DNA of 53,515 bases, filler included, from Jimgerdemannia flammicorona (lineage: Eukaryota), in the NCBI GenBank assembly GCA_003990765.1. It is 2 parts of 2 records of this genome, joined end to end, with 100 filler letters (N's around TTAATTAATTAA, not from the genome) between each part and the next. Parts side by side here need not be neighbours in the genome. Positions count along the whole stretch, not along the records: positions 26,809 to 53,515 come from RBNJ01000703.1; 1 more part is not named here. The stretch is one strand, 5' to 3'. A program made the translations under genes and the position numbers. Of this stretch, positions 44,125 through 53,515 are shown in pieces; the first letter of the stretch is position 1; every line of letters begins with the position of its first letter. Below the pieces are notes generated by a model. It was given only the letters and a program-made list of their open reading frames with translations. It was not told the origin of the DNA and made no database searches.

Positions 44125-46047
44125 CTAATATTCCATGCTCATCTCATCCCCAGCCAGATCCAAGTGCCATTCAGCTTCCAAGTCACCCTCCACAATAGCC
44201 TGAGCATCCAATGCCTCCAAGATTTCCTGACATTCCACCCCATCCACGACCTCCATATCTGATTGGTAGTCCAAGCAGACTGTGTGCCACTTCTCCAGTC
44301 CCTTCCTCGAGTTCCACAAGAAAAGTGCCCTATTACTTGTAATCTTCCGAAGCTCCTCCTCCTGCTGATCATCCACTTGATATTCAACTGACTCCAGGAG
44401 GACAGCCAGGATCTCATTCCTCATCTTCCTCGGCACTTCCTCCCCTCGAAGAATCTCCTCCCAATGCCTCTCTTCCATCACCCGGAAGTCCTCACCCCCC
44501 AGCTCTTCAGCCGCGACCCCTTCCAAGGTCTTCCACATCCACTTCTCCTCATCCACTGCCTCCGCCGCACTCTGAGCAATTTGTCCCCCATCTACCTTGG
44601 GGTCCATCAGCGTGCTCCTCCTCACTGACTCATCCCACTCCTCATCCGGCACATTCAGCAGCTCCTCCTCCCCCTCGGCCCCGCCCGGGACACTATACTG
44701 AGGGTGTACACCCTCCCCCATTTCGGCATCTGCCTCCAACTTGCCTTCCTTCTCTTCCCCCACTCCAATCTGTGCCCCACCCTGGGCCATTCCTCCCCCC
44801 TCAGCCCAGGCACTCTCCTGCAACCCCACAGCTACCTCCTCTGAGCTCCCACCAGCCCTATCCCCACCCAACCTCGCCAGCAGCTCCTTCTGAATTTTCC
44901 TCCCCTGCATCTTCTCCCAAGCCCCCTTCTCCATCCAGACCCTCTTTCTATTCACCTCCCCTACCACTGTCCTGGCCTCAAACTCCTTCCAGGCCAATCT
45001 CCTCCTTGCAACTGCCCCTTCCAGGTCCTCCAGCGCCTCCAACAGGTCCTCCTCCTCCTCCTGAGTCCCCTTCACCCTTGCGACCTTACACTCCACTGGT
45101 CCCCACCTCAGTGTCGCTGGCCAGTCCCTCAACTTTCCCGTATTCTCCTTCCAAAACAGTCTCACCCTGACATCGATGTCACCAGTCCTCAGCATCGTGC
45201 CCTCCCAGACCTTGAACCCAACGTCCACAATCTCTCCAAATTCCTTGATCGCCTCCACAACCAGCTCTCTGGTCCTCTCCTTTGCCACAGTCAGGAGATC
45301 CAACACCGTCAACTGTACCACCCGGGGGTCCCAGTGCATGCACCGGGCCATAGGGACCACAACCCTACCAACCATCACCCCCTTCTCCATGGCTGCCAAC
45401 AGGGTGTCTTCCTCCTCAAACCCTACCTCAACCCCCTCCTTTTCCTTCAAAAACTTCACTGACACTGCTTCCTTAGCCTCCTGCGCCACCAACCCCAAAA
45501 TCATCCTTGCCGTCACCGCCAAGCTCCGGAAGCACATAGTGACCGTGAATTCTGACCTCGACTTCTTGAGTAACGGGGCCGACACCATGCCTATCACACC
45601 ATCTGCTAAATCCCCGGGCCTCGTGCCTGCTCCCAGTCCCGAATTGCCAACCGCCATCACATCTGGATTTTTTGCCAGATCCCCAGTAACAGCCCCATCA
45701 GCAGTCACAGTACCATCTCCAGCCCCTACTCCAGCTCCTACCCTACCACTAGAGGCTCCCCTGGGCACACCTCCCTGTCCCCCAGCAGCTACTGTCAACA
45801 CCTTCCCCAAGTCTAGCCAACCATCTAGCCCAGAAGCCATCTGCCCCATTCTGACCTTATCTGCAAAGGTCGACCTCTCTCCTCCTCTCTGCCTCAGACC
45901 ACCCCTTCCACCACTGCCAGTGCCTCTGCTTGTCATCGAGACCTCTGGCATCCCCAAACCATCACCCCTCCTCCCCACCTGCTGCCAGCCAAAGGCACTG
46001 TCACCCCCCTGGCCAGTACGCCCACCAGTTTGATCGTTGCTGTCCAT
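44125..46047 (-). CDS. LINE copy 2 ORF1, intact 640 aa (Gly-rich N-terminus, RRM-like core, acidic C-terminus)
   Basis: Uninterrupted ORF directly upstream of ORF2, homologous to 6639-8664. RRM assignment rests on pattern only (VEVGF, EFGEIVDV). Confidence 0.88.
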   Translation of the reverse strand: MDSNDQTGGRTGQGGDSAFGWQQVGRRGDGLGMPEVSMTSRGTGSGGRGGLRQRGGERSTFADKVRMGQMASGLDGWLDLGKVLTVAAGGQGGVPRGASSGRVGAGVGAGDGTVTADGAVTGDLAKNPDVMAVGNSGLGAGTRPGDLADGVIGMVSAPLLKKSRSEFTVTMCFRSLAVTARMILGLVAQEAKEAVSVKFLKEKEGVEVGFEEEDTLLAAMEKGVMVGRVVVPMARCMHWDPRVVQLTVLDLLTVAKERTRELVVEAIKEFGEIVDVGFKVWEGTMLRTGDIDVRVRLFWKENTGKLRDWPATLRWGPVECKVARVKGTQEEEEDLLEALEDLEGAVARRRLAWKEFEARTVVGEVNRKRVWMEKGAWEKMQGRKIQKELLARLGGDRAGGSSEEVAVGLQESAWAEGGGMAQGGAQIGVGEEKEGKLEADAEMGEGVHPQYSVPGGAEGEEELLNVPDEEWDESVRRSTLMDPKVDGGQIAQSAAEAVDEEKWMWKTLEGVAAEELGGEDFRVMEERHWEEILRGEEVPRKMRNEILAVLLESVEYQVDDQQEEELRKITSNRALFLWNSRKGLEKWHTVCLDYQSDMEVVDGVECQEILEALDAQAIVEGDLEAEWHLDLAGDEMSMEY

Positions 46048-46229
46048 GTTGCTAGTTGTCAGACACCAAAAACGTTGTAAAAAGTGTTGTCTGAGTCTTG
46101 TGTCACCCGAATGTTACTGGTGAAAGATGGCTGCTGCAAGACACATCTCTGATACTCTACTTGGTATACTTGCTGGGAGGCATTCTTCTTGAGATAGTTG
46201 ATCTGAAGGAGATATACTTCTTTCTTATC

Positions 46230-46630
46230 TGAGCTTCCAAATTCTTCAGCTTACCTTGTTCCTTTAGTCAGTTTGGAGACTTCTTATAATTGTGAGATCT
46301 TGACTTTCATAGAGACTGCTTGGGCAATCTTCTGTCCTCTAAAGATTTAGTACCATTCTGTACCACTATTATATAGGATGATCTTGATTTCATCTGTATA
46401 TCCTGGATCTATAGTTCCTCCTTCTACAGTTAATCTTTTTCTGGTAAGTCCAGACCTTGAGGTCAGTTGAATATAAGTTCCTTGGGGTAGCTATATGGCT
46501 AGTTCAGTTCTGAACATCAATGTTCTTCCAGATTTGATAGATTTATTCTCCGGACTGTAAAGATTATACCCTATGTCTTCTTAGTGAGCTTTGGTTAGAG
46601 GTTTGGCCTTGGGATGTAGCAAGACATACT
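46230..46630 (-). pseudogene. dut: dUTPase domain of Gypsy family C, downstream of protease
   Basis: DIGYNLY, SRSGL, GGTIDPGYTDEI, GQKIAQ and R*AEEFGSS correspond to motifs I-V. Confidence 0.88.
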
Positions 46631-49600
46631 GGATAATATCTTTGCTAAGTTTGGACTATCCTTGGGCTGAAGCTCTACTGGTAGAAAGTCTCTAAGCTCT
46701 GAGAGTGAGGTGTGGCCATCTGGCTCCAGTAGAGGGATCTTGGAGATAATTGATTCCTCTTTTTTCTGTGGGGTCTAGAACTTCCATGAAATTGATAGCA
46801 TCTTCTATCCATCCTTAATAAGTTACATATCTGATGAGAGCTAGAATATCTTCTTCTAAATCATATATCTTGAGAGTTCTTCTTCTTAGTTTCTTGGCTT
46901 GGCTTTTTTGGATCTAATCTCTATTATCTCCTCTCTTCAATATGTGGATTGCAATATCCTGGCTGAGGTGAATCTTCTAGTGTCTGCAGTCTCAGCAGTC
47001 TAGGTGCTTTCATGATTGCAATATCCCATTGCTCAAAAATACTATTCCTGACTGTTAATTTCCTGTTGTCTTGAGAATCAGTGTATATCTTAGTCATAAG
47101 TTGGGAGAAAAGCGACCAAGAGATATACTTCTGTTCAGATAAAGAGACCTTGTCCTTTAAATCAACTTTGTAACCTTGTGGTGACTTCTTGAAATGTGGT
47201 TAACTATACAAAAGTAGTTGGGAGTTCTAATCTTTGAGGTCTCTTTGTTTCTTATTGATCTAGTAGATAGCACTGATAGCAGTAGTCTCAGGGAGAGTAG
47301 AAGACCATTTTATGTAGATATCTTCTTAGTCAAAAAGCTCTGTCTTAGTGTGTTTCCTACTTTGGAATAATGGGGATTATGCTGGATCCTTTATTAACAT
47401 TCCAGGGGTCATTATCTTCAGATAGTGTCCAGTAAGGATCATATCAGAGAATGAGTTCAGAAACCTCTTCTTCTTCAGGTACTTCTTGTTCAGAAATCTC
47501 CTGTCCAGGGGTTTCTTTTTCCTTGGATGATTCTTGACCCCAGATTGATTATACTTCTGCAGCTTTAGTCACAGGTGTTTCTGAGATATATCTATATTTC
47601 TTCTTCCTTTTTCTGCACTCAGGATATGCTATACCAGGTTAATTCCTTGTTCCAATAATCTTAGAGGAGTGCTCAGAGCACTTATATATTTTGAGACAGA
47701 TGGGGCATTCTTTGATCTGTCCCACAATGGCTCCAATTGTGACAGAGATGATATTTCTAGCCCACACATTGTCTTCTGGCCTGTCATCTACTAGATTGGT
47801 TCAGAGATTGTATCTGGGATCATTTCTATCTTCAGATTCTTCTTTCTCTTCTGTGGTAGACTCTTTACTACTAGTATATTCTTCCTGGATAGTGATATTC
47901 TTCTTCTTTTTTAATTGCTTATAGCTGATTATATTAACTTTATACTTTTTACCTTAGTAGTCAAACTTGAGTACTTATTGATCAATATCAACAACTGTAT
48001 TCATTTCCTTCATCCAGTTGATACCAAGAATCATATTATAGGTAATAGCTTTAATGACAATAGCTTTTGGAATAGAGAACTGAATGTGTCTCAGGAAGAT
48101 AGTAATGTTTTGCACTTCTCCAAGAGGTTGAGTTTAGGCTCATCTGCTACTATAATGCTGAAGTGAGATGGTCTATCAATGGGCTATTAGAGGGTGTCCA
48201 GAAATCATTTGGCAATAACACAGACAGCTGCTCTTATATTTATGATGATTTTTACCTTTTGTCCTCCAATATCTCCATATAGATAGATGCTAATATATCT
48301 TTCTGCAGCTTGAATAGGAGTGGGAGCTGGTTCTTGCTGTAGGATTGGGACTTGGCCAGTGCTAGACCTGGTGGTTCTCAGTAGTTTGTTTCAGACTCTA
48401 GCTGGTGTCAGTTACAGGAACTGTAGGAGAGAAACTTTCATCTTGACTTCTTGGATCTTTTGCCTGACTTTGTTATAGATATCTCTAGATATAGTCTTCA
48501 GGATATACTTCTTCTTAGACTTCAGAAAAGCTGGCTCTTGTTCTTCTTGCTCCATTTCTTCATTCTCTGAAGGTAGTTCATTTGTTTCAGAAACAAAGAT
48601 AAGAGAGATTGAGGAGGTATTTCTACTTGCTCTTCTTTATATTCTTTATTTTTCTCTTAAATTCTTCTGCTAGTATTCCTAGATGGTCTTTCTATAGGTC
48701 TCTTCCTCTTTTCTGCTGGGTAAACTGTCTTTCTGGTGATGAATTTAGTTAGATATAATTCCAGATCACTGTATTCTTTACTATTGCTTTCTTCTTGAAA
48801 GTCTTCTATAGGATAGGCTTCAGTCTTCTTGTACTAAATTTCATTTCTTCAATTTGGTGGTTCTGAGTCCCTTCAGTCACTTCTTTTGTTATCACATTCA
48901 GTAGCATAGTGTCTAAATTATCAAAAGTAAAAGTACTAGACTTGGACTCTATCTCAGATAGAGTATTTTCTTTCTTCTTACTGGTAGCTTCTGTTATCTC
49001 TGAGTGAATAACCTTGGTTCCTTTGTGGTGTACCCTCTGTTGTCTTGAGGGTAGCTCTGATTTTCACATATAGTGAGTTTTTCAATCTGTTCAACCAATC
49101 AGTCTAACTTGGAACTGAGGTCCTGAATTTCACTTCTATCTTTCTTCTATTCTTTGACTGGTTTCTTTTCTTCAGATCTTTCCTATCCTTGAAGGAGCCC
49201 TTGTAGGGCTTTGACCAGGATGTCTTCTTTGTCATTCTTCTTATCATGGTCACTCTAGGTAATTCCTTGTCTGATATTGAAAAATCCTTAGACTGCATTT
49301 ACTTGTTCTTCAGATCTTCTAATGTCTAAAATATAGACATGCTGAGTAATGTTTGGGGGAATTCCATTCATGAAGATCATTGAGTCTATAATGTCTTGAT
49401 TAGTGGCATTGAACTCAGCTATATATATTCTCTTCTGAATTCTATTAAAGAATGTACTAGGTCATTCTCTAAGATTTATCTTCATTCCTATAATAGACTC
49501 TTGGGCCTTGTAGTAGGTCTCATTTTCTGTATACTTCTCAATTAGCCAGTGGGGCATAGCTTCATACTCTACTAGTCAAGTTGGTGCTGTATTGATGGCT

Positions 49601-50374
49601 GCTCCATGGTCTAAATTGATATTATTTATTGTTTAGGTGAAAATTTATTTAGCTAGTTCTCTGAGTTGGATCTTATTTATAGCAATTTTCCTTTTAGGGG
49701 AAAGATACTTCAGAGCTACAATTCTCTTGGGTCTTCTTCAGAGTATCTTGTAAAGATTGGCAATGGAGTAGCCATTTCATTATCACTATCATCTAATTCT
49801 AGTTCTGATTCTGATCCTAGTGCTGATTCTGATTCTAATTTTGATTCTGATACTGATTCTGATTTACTTTCTAAATTTTTACTAGAGTTCAGGATACTTG
49901 GGTATCCTAAGAATGGTGTTAGAGATCTTGGGTAAGGTGAAATAGGTCTGGGTATTCTTAAAGGAGCTATTCCTTAGTCTTCTTATTCTGTAATAGCTGG
50001 TGGTATAGGTTTAATAAGTGAAATTAGTGAAAATTAGACTTCTTCAATAAGGTCTTCAAGTTGTTATACTAGTTTATCAAAAATCTAGTAGGGCTGCCTG
50101 TGTAATCTGGTTGATCTAATTGGTCTAGTAATAAGTCTGTTGATACTGACTGAGGATTCTGTACTATGCTGACTTCTTATTGAGATCCTTCTGAAGCTGG
50201 GTAGTTGGCAAGTCTTGAAGTGATTATTTCTCTTTCTATCTAAATACTGGTAATGACTAGTTTTCCTGTAGTAGCAGAGATTAATGTTGTATCAAATATA
50301 TCCAGTTTGACTGTGGGTTCTTGTGAGTTGAAAAGTCATATTAATTTTGAAATCTTCTCAGTTAAGCCTCTAAA

Positions 50375-51714
50375 TATAATATGCCCAGCTTAATAGAGGT
50401 AAATTATAAGGTTGGAGGTTGATATAGTTTGGCTTGAGCCCTCAGTTACTTTGTCAAAAGTAACAAAAGTTCTAAGATTTCTGAGGTCTTTAGTGTTTAG
50501 TGGTATAATAGTTAAAGCTAGATATCTGTAAGTGATTCTGGTGATTTTCTTATTGGGACAGTTCTTTGGATATAGTGGTAATTTGTGTGATATGGGTATT
50601 CCTTATATAGACAATTTTAGTATGACAATCTTATATAGTATAAGTGGATTCCTTATGCAATTTCTGCATGATGATCTTATATAATACAAGTAGATTTCTT
50701 ATGTAATTTCTCAAAAATGGCAAGTGACTTAGTTTGGTACAGATGCTTCTGAATGAGCAGTGTTCTGAGAATATCAGATAACTTGATAACTCAGATATCT
50801 CAGATAACTTAGATAATATAGTTAACTCAGATGTTGTGGATTCTTTCTGAATCAGCAGAGTTCTGAAAAATAACTTAGATGATATAGATAACTTGGGTAA
50901 CTCAGATAGCAGATAATTTAATAACTCAGATAACTTGAGTAGCTTAAATGGCAGATTTTTATCAAGAACTGACTTTGTTTGCATGGGTTATATCATAGAC
51001 TGGCTCTATTGTAAAGTTGTATCAGATAGACTGGCTTGTGGCAAAAATAGTAGACTCTCTGAGAATAGCAGACTCTTCTCTTAAAAATAGTGGATTTCTT
51101 GAATGACAGCAAAGTTCTTCACTCAAACTTGGGTGGTAAATACACTTGAACTTTTCAGACTCTTCTTTGTATTGTAAAGTGGACTGGAGTGGAAATGGCA
51201 AAGCTTATAATCTCTCAGTAGTGGCTTTAGAGTGGGTGTTTTTTCTAAGTATTACAATTAAATTTCTTTAAGATAAAGTGACTTTTGGTAGACATATGTA
51301 TCTCTTGAAGTATAGTAGGCAGACTTGACATTTGCTTTGGATTCAATTTCAGACTCTTCTTTGTATCAGAAAGTAAACTAGAGTTGAAATGTGTTCTGAA
51401 TTTCAGACTGAGATTTATTCACTCTTATCTCTGGGGTATTTTATATAGTTGTAGTTGCTATCTGGTTGCTATATGACTAATTGTAGAAGACTATTTATGG
51501 CAGATGTTTCTGGTTTGATACAAGTGTTCAGGTCCTATATAAGTGTTCAGATCCTGATAAGTGTTCAGGTCCTATACAGATAAATATACTCTTTCTAATA
51601 TATCTGACAAATTATAGAAGTTGGTACAGTAAAACAGTCTTGGTTGCTTAGTGCACTAGATATAGTATGTGGCTAATTTATGATTTTGGTGGTACAATTC
51701 TACTGCTTATCACA
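50375..51714 (-). repeat. 5' LTR of Gypsy family C (~1340 bp) with internal tandem repeats
   Basis: Minus-strand TGTGATAAGC start and decayed ...GGCATATTATA end. Homologous to 28002-28833. Arrays at ~50770-50950 and 51521-51578. Confidence 0.8.
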
Positions 51715-51720
51715 ATAGCC

Positions 51721-53215
51721 TAAAACTTATATAAATACTCCCTTGACTTGTAGTGAATAAATCTTAGTCAGTTGAAGTTTGAAGTAAAAAGAAGTTTTAT
51801 AGAGAAACCCACTGCTTCAAGAGATGAAAATAATTCTAAGAAAAAAACAAGATAACTAGAGCAACATTTACACAAAGTTTAAGTTTGAAGGATTACTCTT
51901 GCTATTTTGTCTCCATCTCAAAAATTGTTATAGAATTCAAAATACAAGACTACAGAAAATATCAGAATACTGCCAGAAAACTCAAGATATAGGTCAAGAC
52001 TGCTTTATTCAAGATATAAGTCAATTGTCAGTTAATACCATCTTGGAAATCTAGACTGCATATTTAAGATACAAGTCAGTTAGTTAAAAATACCACCACA
52101 GTCAGATAAGGAAACCTGCTATAGAAATTAGATATAAGACTCATGAAACTTACTAGAAAACTCAACCAAAGATATATAAGACTGCTAAGAAATATAAGGA
52201 ACCTACAAAATGATCATCAGGAACTTCACACTATTCCAAACCTTTCACTATTTTAAATATCCAGTAATATAACCAATGACTCATGACACATGTACTCCAA
52301 TATGATGTGAACTTCAACATAATGTAAATAAATCAAATGGCAGTTGAACTAAACATTGAGTCAGAATATTGTTAGAGATAAAGAGATATATAATATATAA
52401 ATAACTGATAGCATATTAAGCTGTACAAATCAGCAAAAAATCTATACAAATTATATATTATAATATATAGGATAATCTACTTCTACTATATAGTGATCAC
52501 TACTATCTATTTTATAAATTATCTATATTTCAAGAATACTCTCTAAAAAGGAAATTACCAAATCATCTTTTATATAAATAAGAGAACTTGTTTAAAAATC
52601 CAGTATTATCTTTATATTACTAAATACCAATAAGAATATAAGAAACTATTGAATATTTTATTATTTTTATCAAAGTAACTAAGGACTTAAACCAAACTAT
52701 ATAGTAGCCCCAATTTTGTAATTTGCTTCTATTGAGTTAGTATGTTACATTTGGAGACTTAACTGAGAAGATCTTCTTTAAATCTATATGACTTTTCTGC
52801 TTATAGAAATCTAATAGCTAAATAGAATATATTTTATATAATACTAATCTCTACTACTATAGACGAATAAGTCATCACCAGTATTTGGACAGAAAGAGAA
52901 GTAATTACTCAAAGACTTACTAATTACTTAGTATTAGAAAGATCTCAACTAGAAGCTAGTATAGTATAGAATTCTTAATTAGTACTAACAGATCTACTAC
53001 CAGGAGACCTTATCCAACTAGATCAATTAGACAATATAGAGAACTCTGTTGGAAATATCAATGAGCTTTTACAAGAATTAGAAAACTTCATTATACAATT
53101 CTGATTTCCCTCAGAAGCTCCACTAGTCTTTCCCATAGAACTACTATTAGATAGTAATTACAGAACCAGAAGGACTAGGAATAGTCTCTTCAAAAATACC
53201 CAGATCTATTGTTTC
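51721..53215 (+). mobile_element. Partial LTR (to 52749), PBS and leader of a family-C-related Gypsy
   Basis: The LTR end ...TTGTAATTTGCTTCTATTGAGTTAGTATGTTACA matches 28800-28833. It is followed by TTTGGAGACTTAACTGAGA, the same PBS type as at 50355-50374. Confidence 0.7.
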
Positions 53216-53217
53216 TC

Positions 53218-53500
53218 TTTTTTTTTTATAGTTACTTGGACTCCTTCCTTTATTAATATACCCATCTATCCTCTATATAATACACTGTGCCCACCCCTAT
53301 CTGACCCCCCTAGGCCCCCCCCCCACCTCTCCCACACTCTCTCAATGAAAGACAACCATGTCATTCACCATTACTACCTACCCACCACTCTGTTCACAGA
53401 TCCCTTCCACCAGACAGTAATGTCACCCACCCTGAGGACCCCAACCAACCCACCACCCTATCAGCAAATCTCCTATTAACCCCTCTCATCTTAACAACTT
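53218..53500 (-). mobile_element. 3' fragment of a third LINE of the same family
   Basis: T-run followed by ATAGTTACTTGGACTCC..CTTTATT, the family 3' terminus. The body resembles the 3' end of ORF2 of copy 1. Another T-run begins at 53505. Confidence 0.85.
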
Positions 53501-53515
53501 CTTCTTTTTTTTTTT

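Larger units (their letters stand above)
40348..46133 (-). mobile_element. Full-length L1/Tx1-like LINE, copy 2 (same family as copy 1, diverged subfamily)
   Basis: 15-bp TSD CTGCAAGACACATCT at 40333-40347 and 46134-46148. Poly(A) tail (T-run to 40363). ORF1 and ORF2 are colinear with copy 1. Confidence 0.96.
36238..46187 (+). mobile_element. Heavily decayed DIRS1-like tyrosine-recombinase retrotransposon (gag, RT, RNase H, methyltransferase, YR), interrupted near its 3' end by LINE copy 2
   Basis: RT NFKIEEI, FVKINIKNTYLYI and YINN (38043-38054, from YIDD). RH YIDN...FINKQEGS and HISSTNNIKTDFLS. MT WGPISLDLFIS...YTNLPWILI. YR HSV*...NWS...FKYYY. Candidate inverted termini AAGAATATCTCCCA (36238-36251) and TGGGAGGCATTCTT (46174-46187). 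Boundaries are less certain than the domains. Confidence 0.85.
46188..51714 (-). mobile_element. Truncated Ty3/Gypsy family C (5' LTR, PBS, gag, protease, Cys-rich insert, dUTPase; RT onward missing)
   Basis: LTR 50375-51714, decayed PBS TAGAGGCTTAAC at ~50361-50372. Protease IIINIRAAVCVI (from IIIDTGAAV; 48232-48240) and MILGINW. dUTPase at 46230-46630. Confidence 0.82.

Overview
Eukaryotic, intron-containing, probably fungal DNA; an early-diverging lineage is my inference only. About 85% of the window is decayed transposons, strongly CpG-depleted and riddled with C>T/G>A transitions, around a ~7.3 kb CpG-intact island (28834-~36130). Left of an artificial contig join (26709-26808) is a four-level nest. 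An old Gypsy (family B) carries a deleted Gypsy of family A (1331-24125, TSD CTGGG). That carries a full-length family-A chromovirus-type element (3576-19944, TSD GAAGT; gag-dUTPase-PR-RT-RH-IN-chromodomain), whose integrase is interrupted by a full-length L1/Tx1-like LINE (6544-12470, 12-bp TSD). A hAT transposon follows. The family-A LTRs are long (about 2.06 kb and 1.51 kb) and carry different coding cassettes in U3, one reconstructable as a ~365-aa ORF. Right of the join is an apparently intact 18-exon host gene encoding an STE20/PAK-like pseudokinase (HRN instead of HRD) fused to RI-like leucine-rich repeats, with ten consecutive exons of exactly 84 bp, all phase 1. Further right are a DIRS tyrosine-recombinase retroelement with a methyltransferase domain, a second full-length LINE of the same family, another Gypsy family with dUTPase in a different position, and more LTR/LINE fragments. 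All calls come from manual reading and translation; no database searches were run.
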